Positions 37,479 through 49,954 of a stretch of DNA of 64,000 nucleotides are shown piece after piece. Position 1 is the first letter of the stretch; every line of letters begins with the position of its first letter. Below the pieces are notes generated by a model that searched no databases, had not been told where the DNA came from, and saw only the letters and a program-made list of their open reading frames with translations. The stretch is from Amoebophrya sp. A120. Lineage: Eukaryota; Protista; Dinoflagellata. The stretch is taken from contig CAJINV010000006.1 in the NCBI GenBank assembly GCA_905178155.1, positions 1,365,876 to 1,429,875 on the forward strand. The letters are read 5' to 3'. The position numbers and the translations under genes were made by a program.

Positions 37479-38656
37479 ATCTTTTCGTAGTTTTGTTCTG
37501 CAAGAACCGCATGACAAAAATCCGCTTGAGGTTTGTTCTGCAAGAACTTGTTGCAAGAACCGCATGACAAAAATGATAGCGAAGTCACCTCAACCGCTGC
37601 ACTACATGTTTTTGGTTTTCATACTTACTCACATGCTCAGGCGAGTTTTTCCTATTTTTTTTACGTTTTTCATCTAACGACAGGAGCGAATGCGAACAAT
37701 TCATGACTAATACTTGATGGACTTCTTCCAGACCAATAGTTGAACAAGTCTCATCTTGCTAATTATATAATTCCAGACCTGTACTAGGGACAGGTTCAGG
37801 TAGCAAAGTTTTATTGTTCTTCACATGAGATGAAGAACCGGGCAACTACATACAAGCAGTAGTTTGTCACCCTTTTTTTACTACGACGTTTTCCTGGTTT
37901 ATTTATTAGGCGCATTTTTATCTGCTCTTTGCTTTCGGTAGCTATTTTTCAAACGCATTAGCTTCAGCAGATCTTGGACTTGTTGTAGTTTCGAGAAATT
38001 CTGTTTCTGGCTGCTTGAGCAGGTGCCAGGACGTCGTGGCCACCAATTTTATTCTCAAGCGGATGAAAGTTGCGGCCTCAGAGGATTCATTGTCTCCGCG
38101 CTCCACAAGTTGTTGAGTTTTGCACGAGGACCTCGGGTTATTTTCGCTCGAAGTATTTATTTTTATGGGCTGACCGAAGCGCACGGTTAATTGTTCACCG
38201 ATGTCGTGTCTGATAACCAGAACAAACGAAGTCGTAGATTGTTCTCTCACTTGGTATTTTCTTCTCGTAATCGCTTCATTGTCGTAGATAAAATTATCGT
38301 CGCTTCATCGATTTCGTGGTAAGTAATATCGTCGCGCTTCGTAGTTGTCCTCTTGCTTAGTAGGGAAAGAGAGAGATTAGAGAGAGAGCTACATATGTGA
38401 ATACTAGGTGCGAGTAGATTAAGATTTCGCAGAAGGTAAAAAAGAATAGTGACCGCGAAGGTATTTCTATTTTCGTTTTTACTGAACTTTCGTTCCGAGA
38501 AGCTGTTGTGATCTTGTGCGGGTGTCGTCATGCGAGCTGCATCCTACGAAAAAAAATTCTTTCAGAGCCATCTGCTCATTCTAGGAGTGAGCTAGTCTTC
38601 AGGCGCAGGGGCATTTTTGAGTGTCAACACCTGTTCAGAGCAAAAATAAATCCACC

Positions 38657-41600
38657 ATGTCGTCGAGAACCTTCCCTACGAGCGGTCCCTCCGCTCCCAG
38701 CAAGGTGAAAACGACGCGGAACTACCCCAGCAATAGGCAACATCAACCCGAACCAGCAAGTCCTTCCCAACATGTACAAACCGAACAACTGAACGGAAGA
38801 CAACTGGAGCAGAAGCGGACCGAATTGCTGCAGAGATCGCTAGAGATCCGCGCGTATGGATTGCAAAAATGTCTGGGTCTGGATAGATTCGAATTTGTGA
38901 TGCAAATTCTACACTATGACAAAATCTGTCATGCATGGTCAGCAAAAGGCCCCATTTCCTGTTACAGAAAGGAGGCATTTGTCATGCCGATTAGGCATTG
39001 GGATACCTGCTCGGAATCTGTGATGCTAGGGCTTGCATGCCTGACAATCTGGGCTAAGCAAAAACTGCATCACAAATGTCTGCACTCTTTCAGACCCAGA
39101 CGTATTTGCATTTGATAGCGCGCAGTTGGATGCGGAACTCGCGGCCGCGGAGGAGGCGACGCTGAATATGGAATGCAAATATGTCTGGGCCTGGAAGGTT
39201 GCAACTTGTGATGCTGTCTTTGGAAGCTAAAAAAAATCTGTATTGCATGACCAGCAAGAAAGGTTCAGTTTGTGCTACGCGGAGTGGGCATTTCTCATGC
39301 GGAATACGCATCAGAAAGTCCTCGCAAAATCTTTGATGCTAGGGCATGCAGCACAGCCTCATGATGAGTCATGCAAAATCTGCATGACAAACTCCCGCAT
39401 TCTTCCAGACCCAGACATATTTGCATTTGATACTGAAGATCAAGGAGCTAAATCCCATCGGCACACCTGCCTTGACTACGACAACTCCAAACGTAAAAAA
39501 ACAAAAAGCAACATCTTCAAACAATGACAACGACGAAGAGGGCGGGGCTGAAGACGACGAGAACATGGGCGACATCGCGCTGCTATCCTGTGCAAAAGTA
39601 TCGTATTCGTATGAATGCAAGTCTTGCATTACAAAAATTTTTCTTAAGGTAAATCAGCATGACAAATTTTATTTCTCATGCTGAGGAGATTTGTAATGCA
39701 TTTATACGAGTGCGATACTTTTGCAGTTCATAGCTACACTTGGAAGACGAATCCGTGATCGACCGATATTTTCGGTCCAAAATCCTAAATATGGATTGCA
39801 AAAATGTCTGGGTCTGGAAGATTCTAAACTTGTAATGCTGTCTCTGGATTCTAAAAGAAATTGTATTGCATGACCAGCAAGAGGACTCCAGTTTGTGCTA
39901 CGCGGAAAGGGCATTTCTCATGCGGTAGAGGCATCAGAAAGTCCTCTAAAAATCTGTGACGCTAGTTCGTGCATTACAGACATCCTGGGTCATGCAAAAC
40001 ATGCATGAGAAATCTCAGAATCTTCCAGACCCACACATTTTTGCATTTGATACTAAAACACTGGCTCACCTCGGCGCACCAGATCCAGTCCTGGCGGAAG
40101 CGGGCGCTTTATCCAGTGCAAGAGTATCGTACCCGTACTAATCGCAGTCATGCAAGACAACTCTCATTTTCAAGCTAAATTAGCATGACAAATTCCCTTT
40201 GTCATGCTGAGCTAATTTGTGTTGCAATACTACGACAGTACGGTACTCTTGCAATTCATACGCTTGTTGCGGAGACGAAATTGGAACAGTTGAACGAAAG
40301 GAACTTAGTGACGAAAATGAAGTTATCCCGTGCAGAAGTATCGTACTGCTACTCGTAGTAATTGCAATCATGCATTACAAATTTTTTTCTGAAGGTAAAT
40401 CCGCATCAGAAATTTTATCTCTAATGCTGAGGGAATTTGTCATGCATTTATACGAGTGCGATACTTTTGCATAGGATAGAAGTCGTTGCACATGAAACCG
40501 AGCGATTACGGGGTCGGGGTCCACCTCGGAGCTGCTGGTAGCAGCTCTTCTCCAGTTGTTCCAATATCCTGTGGAAAAGTATCGTACTCCTATTGCAATC
40601 ATGCATTACAGATCCTTTTCTTAAGGTAAATCTGCATTACAAATTTTATTTCTCATGCTGAGGAAATTTGTAAATGAATTTATACGAGTACGATTATACT
40701 TTTGCAGTTCATATCCAAGAACATCAAGCAATTCGCCGCATAAAAATAAACCCTCCTCGTCTTCTACCACCTCCTTGGTCCGACCCAGCACCGCCGCAGC
40801 CACCGCCGGAGGTTCTTCTTCCAGTTTATTTTTCCCGGACAGCCGACACACCTCAGTAGCTGCTGCAGCTGATGTGTTTGACCATCACCAGGTGCAGAAC
40901 CCCCCGGTTCCGAGCAGACTATCAAGCAATAATTCTACAACTGTTCTTGTCCCGAACCCGATCAAATCTGAAGAATTCCTGACGCACCTCCACCACTCCG
41001 CCGAGTTGAATTTTCCGAACACGGACGCGCTTCCGTCCGCAGAGGTTTTGAAGTTTCAACCAGTAGGTGAACAGTTGCAAATGCTTTTTCACGATGACCA
41101 CAACGGGCACACGGTGAATAGCAAGATGCTGATGTTGGTGAAGAAAGCGAAGGAGGAGTTGATGAAATCTCTACAAGTTTCGGAGGAAGAGGAAAAGATC
41201 AAAAACGCAACTTCAGCCGGTGGTGGGACAAGAACTTCCTCTAGTATTAAAGCAGCAACTTCATCAGCAGGTACAACTAGTAGAAACGTCAACCCTTCCG
41301 ACATGACGAAACTGATTCAGCAATTGGAGCACAAGCTGGATAGCTATCCTGTGCAAAAGTATTGTACTCGTAGTAATTGCATTTATGCATCACAGTTCAG
41401 CATTACAAATTTAATTTGTAATGCTGGGCTAATTTGTAATGCAATTTATACTAGTACGATGCTTTCGCAATGTATAATAGCTGCAGAACGGCGATGTCCA
41501 AATTGATCAAGCAAGTGGACTATGGCGTGCAAATATCTCTGGGTCTGGAAACCTGTGATGCTGAATCCTGCACATGACTGCAACGCTTGCAATGGCAGCC

Positions 41601-44600
41601 AAGCATGACAAACTTTCGGAACGCTTTTTGCTGCGTGACGCGGATGACAAATTATTGCCGTTTTACATAACAAGGAAAGCTCCTGCTCACTTGCTCCTCA
41701 TGCAACACAGATTTATTTCCAGGAATGCAAGATACGCATAACAAGTTCTTGCAACCTTCCAGACATCCAGCGATATTTGCAATGCATATGGAACAGGACC
41801 GAGTTCTGCTCGACCTCCGGAGGCAGCAGGCGCTGCTTTGTCAACAGGTGATACAATCCACCAAGGCGGGGAAGGCGGGGGTTGAGAAAGTCGTATGACA
41901 GCCTCAGAATGGAAATCCTCAAAGTGGAAATGATTTGTAATGCAAAAAAACGATTCCAGTTGAAGTGCCATTTCTAATCGGCGCATGACAAATTTCCCGG
42001 GCACTCAAAACATGTCTGTCATGCTAGTTAGGGCAAAGGTGTGCCCTTCTCTCGTGCCAATCAGCAGCCCAATTCTGAGCCCGTAGAAGCACAATAGTCG
42101 GCCTCCATTGCGTCCTCTGCAATACAGTCTTTTTGGTGTCGCATTTCATGCATCACAAATTATTTCCACTTTGAGAATTTCCATTCTCAGGCTTTCATAA
42201 GTCGAAAAGGAGAAATCTGGGGTGGAAAAGAAGGAAAAACACGTCAAGCTTGTGCTGGAGAAAGTGGTAATATGTAATTTGGAATATAAGCGAATATGTG
42301 TGATTTGTACTACAGATGGGTCGTGTTTTGATTGCTGCAACGAAGTAATAAAAAACTTTTGCTTGCAGAATCATGTAGCCACAAGATCATGTTGGTCGTG
42401 CAGTTCTGTCCTGAGTGGGACACGAGAAAAGTTAAACTACTTCGAAGAGATCGATGACAGTTGACTGCGAGAAAATTAATAATTAGTCAAACTAAACATC
42501 CCATCCCAGGTCGCCACCCTTGGCCAGCTTTCCGAGAAGGCGAAGGGCTTTGTGAAACGTACAACCGGCGCTACTAACCCAGCAGGGATCGGACAAGATC
42601 CGTCGGTAAGACTGCTACTCGGCGGGGGCGCAGAGGACGATGACGCCAACCTCCAAGGCGACGCCTCGATATCCGCACTGGGTGACACCACTACCACCTC
42701 GAACCAAGCCGATAGCGGAGCTGTGGTAGAAGCAGGAAATGAATCAGCATTGACATCATCTTCATCGTCGCGAATGAATAACCTGGCCGCGAATGCTATG
42801 GCGTTCTCAAACGTTACATTCTCAACTGTTGCTTGAATTTGTGATGCAAGAATGGCAAAAGTGAAAGGAAGGACCTTGCGCGTCTTGCGTGACAGATTTG
42901 GCGCAGATTCGCAGCCTGTTTGGCCGTCTGAGAATTTGTCATGCGAAGCAGCTTGATGGCGTTGATAGTCAAGGCAATTTTGCATGACAAATCATGCAAC
43001 AGCTGAGAATGTAACAATTGAGAGCGCCATAAATGCTAGGATGTCGGTGTTCGATCGGATGGCGAAAGAGTTTATGAACTGCAAAAGTATCGTACTCGTA
43101 TTGCAAGCATGCATTGCAAATCTTTTCCTTAAGGTAAATCCGCATCACAAATTTTATTTGTCATGCTGAGGAAGTTTGTAATGCATTTATACGCGTGCGA
43201 TACTTTTGCAGAGCATAGAGCTGGATAAACCGCAGAAGATCATATGAGAGTTGTGCACAACTTGAGCTTCGACTCCCCCCTTTGTTTGTCATGCAAAATA
43301 GTACCAAAGCACTTGCACTAGCACTCTTTATTTTCCTCTTCCTTTTGTCAGTGTTTGCATGACCACAGATTTGGGCAGCAGCCCACAGAACAGCACGACA
43401 ATCCTGAGAAGTTGTAGATTTGTCATGCAAAAAATCCTGTACTCTTGCCGAGGCTTCTATTTTTGCTGTTCCTGCCCTACAAAAGACAAAGAGGAGATAA
43501 CTGGGGACGAGTTGTGCACAACTCTCATAACACGGGAAGTTTGTCGTGGAGAATTTGGTCGAGGAGCTACAGACCATGTGCGAGACGATCATGGTATAGA
43601 ACTCGTACTCAACATCGCAGTCATGCAAGACAAATCTTTGTTCTGAGCTAAATCAGCATAAGAAATTATTCCATCTGCCATGCTGAGCTAGTTTGTTTCT
43701 ATTGCAAGAATTTTTACCAGTAGTGCCAGTGCGATACTTTTGATTCTTGAAGTCTGACAACTTATTTGTTGGAGTTGAAGATGCACTCGATTCTCATTCT
43801 TCTGCATGAAATAAAAACTCCAAGCATATAGCATCATTTTTTTTTATTTTTTCCATTTGCCTGGAAAACCAAAACGAGAAGCATGGTTTATTTGTTCATT
43901 CCGAAAAGTCCGATCTTAATGCAAGGAAAACGTCTTCTGGTTCTACCACTGCAGGTCGCTCTCGATTCGGTGGCCAGTAGTGGCTTCGAAAGTGGTCCCA
44001 ACTTCTACACTGCCGCAGCAGCTAGTTCAGGGACGACGAACAATCTGGGCATTACGTTAGGTGGCTCTCTCCCGGCGCAGCTGCAGGGGGTTGGGAACTT
44101 AAACGGTAGCAGTTATCAAATGCAAAAATGTCTGGGTCCTCTGGAAGATTCTAAACTTGTAATGTTGTCTCTGGATTCTAAAAAAATGTGTATTGCATGA
44201 CCAGCAAGAGGACTCCAGTTCGTGCTACGCGGCGAGGGCATTTCTCATGCGGTAGAGGCATCACAAAGTCCTCTAAAAATCTGTGATGCTCGGGCATGCA
44301 TCACAGACATCATGGGTCATGCAAAATATGCATGACAAACCTGGCAATCTTCCAGACCCAGACATTTTTGCATTTGATAGCAGTCTTTTTCCTCCAAGAA
44401 CTTCCAGATATTAAGAGGAAAAATTTCCCTCCCCATACTCAAAGGGAGATTTGTCTAGCATGATTTGTGATCACAAATCACGTTGTCATGCGTAGAACGG
44501 AAGAGATGCGGACTGTAGTGCTGGCCAGCGTGGGAACTACGCCTTGCGTCTGCAGCATGACAGGAAGCAGCTGGAAACGGGAAACAGCATGACAAATTGC

Positions 44601-46050
44601 CTGCAAACGGAGGAGCAGCTGCGTGCTTTTACCTTCTAGCAATACAGATCGATTTGTGGTCACAAATCAGCATCGCAAATTTTCTCTTCGATACGGGGAG
44701 GGGGGATTTTTCCTTTTGAGACCAGAAGTGCTGCCGCTGCTGCGACTGCGAACTACGCGTATTTGCAGTATTACTATCCTGTGCAAAAGTATCGTACTCG
44801 TACTGTAATTATGCATTACAAATTTTTTTCTCGAGGTAAATCCGCATTACAAATTTTATTTCCCATGCTGAGGGACTTTGTCATGCATTTATACGAGTAC
44901 GATTTACTTTTGCAGTTCATAATTACCCTCCGGTAGCACTAGAGCGGGAGCAACACCAGCAGGAGGCGGCATCGTATCAAATGCAATAAATATGTCTGGG
45001 TCATCTGGGAGAGTGCGACGAGGTCGAGGTTTGTCGTGCTAGTCCGGCATGACTCTGGACTCTGTATTGCGTGGCCGCAAACAAGAGCTCTTCTTGCTTG
45101 TCGTGCAAAAACGCAGTTTGTCATGCGGAGTACGCATGAACTCAGAACCACGAAAAAACTTGTCATGCTTGGCAGCGCATAATTACACCAGTGTGCTCGC
45201 TATTCCCTTCCTTGCATCACAAGTTTCCAGACATCCAGGGATATTTGCAATGCATACATCGCTACAAGAAACGATCGATCGGACGAGCACCACGGCGCAT
45301 GAAGCGTACCGGCAGATATCAAATGCAAATACGTCTGGGTCTGGAAGAATGCATGCTTGTCATGCTTGTCTGGCATGACTCTTGCTTCTGTCATGCACGT
45401 TACCCAAGGGTCGCATTTTTCTGTCATGCAGAAACGCAGTTTGTCATGCAGAACAGGCAATATTACCTAAAAGCTCAGAAACTTGTCATGCTGTTCAAGT
45501 ATTTGTGGCCCTCATGATACGCCACCCAGCATTACAAGTTTCCTGACCCAGACATATTTGCACTCAATAGCAGATTATGGTGGGCAAAAACGTCTCCACC
45601 CCAGAGTCAAGATGGGAAATCTCTGCAGCTGGCTGTTGCGCATGACAACTTTGGGTTCGCTATGTAATCGTCTTTCGCTAGTGCAGCAGCGTCACAGATC
45701 TAGCATAACATGGGGATTTGAACTTCACAAATCGCAAAACACCAGTAGAAATAACCGCTTCTCATGGGTCTGCGCATGAGAAACATCTTCAGCATGCAGA
45801 TTCGCATTACAACTCTGGGATGGGGACGTTTTCACAAATGATACAGATGGTGAATAAGTACTCGAAAGGTGGTATCCTGTGCAAAAGCATCGTACTCGTA
45901 TTGCAATCATGCATTACAAATTTTTTTCTCAAGGTAAATCCGCATTACAAATTTCATTTCTCATGCTGCAGGAATTTGTAATGCATTTATACGAGTACGA
46001 GACTTTTGCAGTTCATACGTGGGGATAGTGTTGTCTTGGGCAGAAGCTGA
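38657..46050 (+). CDS. Unknown ~748-aa protein with coiled-coil-like segments; 20 introners plus 2 probable GT-AG introns
   Basis: 2247 nt of open frame after removing the elements plus DR and introns 42267-42509 and 43594-43954. Confidence 0.7.
38855..39117. mobile_element. Introner F1
   Basis: TIR; DR GCGCG/GCGCG. Confidence 0.9.
39167..39432. mobile_element. Introner F1
   Basis: TIR; DR CTGAA/CTGAA. Confidence 0.9.
39584..39732. mobile_element. Introner F2
   Basis: TIR; DR GCTGC/GCTAC. Confidence 0.9.
39790..40052. mobile_element. Introner F1
   Basis: TIR; DR CTAAA/CTAAA. Confidence 0.9.
40110..40260. mobile_element. Introner F2
   Basis: TIR; DR CGCTT/CGCTT. Confidence 0.9.
40324..40478. 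mobile_element. Introner F2
   Basis: TIR; DR GAAGT/GAAGT. Confidence 0.9.
40565..40713. mobile_element. Introner F2
   Basis: TIR; DR TCCAA/TCCAA. Confidence 0.9.
41345..41476. mobile_element. Introner F2
   Basis: TIR; DR ATAGC/ATAGC. Confidence 0.9.
41521..41788. mobile_element. Introner F1
   Basis: TIR; DR TGGAC/TGGAA. Confidence 0.88.
41894..42199. mobile_element. Introner F7-like
   Basis: TIR; DR AGTCG/AGTCG. Confidence 0.88.
42267..42509 (+). other. Probable canonical GT-AG intron
   Basis: GTAATA...ACTAAAC...CCCAG; joins EKV|VATLGQL in frame. Confidence 0.55.
42797..43031. mobile_element. Introner F8
   Basis: TIR; DR AATGC/AATGC. Confidence 0.9.
43073..43217. mobile_element. Introner F2
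   Basis: TIR; DR GAGTT/GAGCT. Confidence 0.9.
43243..43529. mobile_element. Introner F6 with decayed DR
   Basis: TIR; flanks GATCA/ACACG; removing element+5 nt still restores the frame. Confidence 0.8.
43594..43954 (+). other. Probable GT-AG intron whose 5' half is a decayed F2 introner
   Basis: GTATAG...CTGCAG joins TIM|VALDS; F2-like sequence at 43595-43745. Confidence 0.55.
44114..44379. mobile_element. Introner F1
   Basis: TIR; DR GCAGT/GCAGT. Confidence 0.9.
44409..44721. mobile_element. Introner F5
   Basis: TIR; DR CCAGA/CCAGA; right end GAGA. Confidence 0.88.
44775..44921. mobile_element. Introner F2
   Basis: TIR; DR ATTAC/ATTAC. Confidence 0.9.
44975..45256. mobile_element. Introner F1
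   Basis: TIR; DR CATCG/CATCG. Confidence 0.88.
45317..45569. mobile_element. Introner F1
   Basis: TIR; DR GCAGA/GCAGA. Confidence 0.9.
45576..45843. mobile_element. Introner F3
   Basis: TIR; DR CAGAT/CAGAT overlapping the previous DR. Confidence 0.88.
45873..46017. mobile_element. Introner F2
   Basis: TIR; DR GGTGG/CGTGG. Confidence 0.9.
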
Positions 46051-46304
46051 GGCTCGGGCGGTGGGGCATTGTCAGGGAGCGTTGCTAGTCGAGCTCCTCC
46101 TAGTCTGAGATACTGAGGTTTGCTTCGAGTCCGACAAGCCTGTCCAGATTATAGAATTCAGCACGGAATGTATATGTACATTTAGGTGCCAAAGCAAAAG
46201 GAAATAAGGCACGCAAGAACCGCAAGAACGACCCAGTTGTTGTATTGTATAGAAGTTTAGTCAGGCCGAGGCCCTATATTTTTCTGAACGTGTAAAATTA
46301 GATT

Positions 46305-48240
46305 TTCATTTTGAAAATGAGCAGTAGAGCAGCTAGAGAATTTACAATTAGAATTACACCGAAATTTTTAATAAGTGCGGCTAGAGAGGACGAACACGAA
46401 CAAGGTTGGCGACACCATCGATCTTCGGAACAACAACAATTTTATACTAGAAACAAAAAATGTATGATGCATGACGCGGACCACTCCTGGTCCTGACCAC
46501 ACTACTAGGCAAGAACTACGAGTTTTACTACCCACGTCGTGGAAAATTATGCAGAGACAGAAAACTGTGTAAGTGTAAATTTGTGTTGCAGAGAATGCAA
46601 GACACCTATCCTTGTCATGCTGGACATGCATCAGAGGTTCTTTCCATGTGTGTTTTCCCTTACAAGCCACGCATGGCAGGTTTGCTCAGTCATGTAGAAC
46701 AAATTTGTGATGCTGTCAGCCACAGACAGTTGCACTAGCGCAGTTTTTTCTTGGATAAAGAAGATGAGGATGAGTCTTTCAACGCAGAGATTGGAGAGGA
46801 GGACGAGCAGTTGGGGGAGATGAAAAACAGCCGCGCAACTACAAGAAATCGTGAACATCATGCTGGTGCAGCTTCTTATCAAGCTCGTCGTGGCGCTGCA
46901 AATGCGAACCAGCTGCTCCACCAGGTGAGCACCTCGGTGCACAAAAACTAACCTCGGTGCACAAAAACTCTCACCCCGGTCCTGACCACACTAGGCAAGA
47001 ACTACGAGTTTTACTATCCACGTCGTGGAACAAAATGCTGAATTCAACTATCGATAGCGCCTTGAGCTGGAAAATCAACAAAGTTTTCGCCTTTGTTTCC
47101 GGAAGTTGGTCCAGAAATGTTGAACACGAACAACTTCCAATTTTCAATTTGAAAATGAGTAGTAGAGCAGCTAGAGAATTTACAATTACAACACCGAAAT
47201 TTTTAATAAGTGCGGCTAGAGAGGACGAACACGAACAAGGTTGGCGACACCATCGATCTTCGGAACAATTTTCATTTTATACTAGAAACAATAAATGTAT
47301 GATGCATGACGCGGACCACTCCTGGTCCTGACCACACTACTAGGCAAGAACTACGAGTTTTACTACCCACGTAGCAGCTTGATGGCGTTGATAGTCAAGG
47401 CAATTTTGCATGACAAATCCTGTAACAGTTGAGAATGTAACAGTTGAGAGCGCCATAAATGCCAGGATGTCGGTGTTCGATCGGATGGCGAAAGAGTTTA
47501 TGAACTGCAAAAGTATCGTACTCGTATTCTTGCAAGCATGCATTGCAAATCTTTTTCTTCAGGTAAATAAGCATTGCAAATTTTATTTCTCATGCTGAGG
47601 AAATTTGTATAATGCATTTATACGAGTGCGATACTTTTGCAGAGCATAGAGCTAGACAAACCGCAGAAGATCGTATGAGAGTGCACAACTTCGACTTCCC
47701 CCTTGTTTGTCGTGCCACATACTTAAGTAAGTACCCCAAGGAAGCATTCTTTGCCCTTTCCCTTTGTCAGTGTTTGCATGACAGCATGTGGCAGCCGCCC
47801 AATAAAAATAGCACTGCAGGAGCACTACTTCTGGGTAAATTTGTCATTCAAAACCAGCACTCTTGCCGACGCTTGTATTTTTGCTGTTCATGCCCTACAA
47901 AAGAGGAGATAACTGGGGACGAGTTGTGCACAACTCTCATAACACGGGAAGTTTGTCGTGGAGAATTTAGTCGAGGAGCTACAGACCATGTGCGAGACGA
48001 TCATGGTATGCTCGTACTCAACATCGAAGTCATGCAAGACAAATCTTTGTTCTGAGCTAAATCAGCATAAGAAATTATTACATCCGCCAGGTCCTGACCA
48101 CACTAGGCAAGAACTACGAGTTTTACTACCCACGTCGTGGAAAATGCTGAATTCAACTATCGATAGCGCCTTGAGTTGGAAAATCAACAAAGTTTTCGCT
48201 TTTGTTTCCGGAAGGTGCTGGTCCGGAAATTGAAATGTTG
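46305..48240 (+). pseudogene. Mosaic of duplicated gene fragments
   Basis: 46760-46950 matches 54845-55043; 47373-48088 matches 42947-43678 (with introners 47499-47648 and 47674-47941); 46305-46545 matches 47145-47372; ~55-bp GGTCCTGACCACACTAGGCAAGAACTACGAG unit occurs 4 times. Confidence 0.7.
46548..46757. mobile_element. Introner F4-like in the mosaic region
   Basis: TIR similar to 55360-55569; flanking DRs do not match. Confidence 0.7.
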
Positions 48241-49954
48241 AACAACTTAAAAACCGATCCAGAAATTCTCCAAATAATCGCAAAGATCCTTCTACCTGGT
48301 ACTTTTTCTGAGAGCAACATCATGTCGGTGGTATCTATTCGAAATGGTTTTGTCAATAGAAGGATATTGAAGCGCCGTCGGTACTATGAAGAGTGTAGTT
48401 GATGTGCCTTTTTGGTACGTATATGATATCATGATGTGCTTTGGACAAAACCGATGTTCAGTCGTAAACAGATTTGTGTTGCATAAATGAGCTTTCTCGC
48501 ACGTTCACTTACAAATTTGTATTGCAAAAATCTTGGTTCTCGCATGATCCGGTTTTGTTCTTGGATAAATGCCAATTCTCGAAAGCAGCATCACAGACGT
48601 GCATTACAAGTTGCGCTTTCTTATGCTGAGTTCTTCCCCATGCAAAATCATAATAAGGTCCTCAGATCGGAAGATCCAAAGGATGAAAGTTCAAAAAGGA
48701 AATTATAATCAGGCTCTTTCTTCATGCCTTTCATTATTCATGCTTTTTCATTATATTTTTGAGGTGACTAACCAGAAATAACTAGCTATCTAGCATAGGC
48801 TCTAACGTATTTGTTAGGTTTAGGATTAGGATGTGGTATACGCTAGCTGCGCAAGTCGGTTAACAGTGAACCGGTACCCACGGGTGTTGACCGATCGACC
48901 TATTGCCAGCTAGGGGAGCACCCATGCGGTGGCGGGATCCAGCGCCCCTAGGTCGGGGGCGCTCCTGCCTTTGCCGTATGGGACCCCGTGGGCTGAAGTA
49001 TCCACTCGCGCGCCGCGCCCATTCTAGTTAGGGTCTATTTTTGCTTTCTTCTTCTCTTCATCCCATTTCGACAGGTCAAGCAATTCTACTCTCGCAGTTC
49101 GCTCCGGCTACAGTGATCTACTTAAACTTCTATTTTGATTTTACATTGCAATATATGATATCATGAAGCCGCGTGCACCTCTAGAGAGAAGAAGATCAAC
49201 AGGAAGAAGAGGCAGCTGCTGCAACTCTAGTGCAGTAAAAGTGCGTAGGATCTGCAACATCGAGGATCCTGCTAGAAGATAGAAGTATTTCTACACCTCG
49301 TCGAAGGTGATTCGACTGACGACACGTCGAAATAAACCCAAACAACAGGCCCCTGATCCATTGTTCAAGTCTTGAGCTTTACAACGATTTAACGAAAACT
49401 GAGCCCGTGGTTGTTCTGAGCTTCCTTTTTGGGTGCTGGACCACAACTCGTATATCAATATCTAAGAACGATCATATTAGCGAACTTTAAACTGACTCTA
49501 GTCCGACTCTTCGCCCCCTCTACTAAATACCGCGACCTTTACAAGTGTTTGCTCTGGTGTTGGCCGTCAAAGATAGTTGAAAACTGTTGGCGCTCGCGTG
49601 CGTCCAAAAAAAAGTACAATTATCGAAGGTCCAACGAACACGTCTAAGTATTTGTCGCTCCCTACTTGCAAAAAAATCCCCACCGCATTGCTACTCTAGA
49701 TTATTTGTGCTATTCATATAAAGTCGCTCTTTGCCCATCAAGTATACAAGCCACACTCAGGGGCACAACTTCTCCGAAGCAGCTTCTACTTCCAGGAACT
49801 CCATTATTCGGATAAAGACACTACAGCCGTCCTCGTGTAATTACAAAATAAACGAACAAGATGACGTGGTCCCTCCTGCGCTCTATTGCAAAAACCGGGT
49901 CTGCCGTCTACGTTCTCGCGCACCAAACGAATTGCGCTGTGCTCGTTGCAGCGA

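Noticed and set aside
48813-48832. TTAGGTTTAGGATTAGG as a telomeric seed
   Set aside because: Only three imperfect units, internal to the contig.
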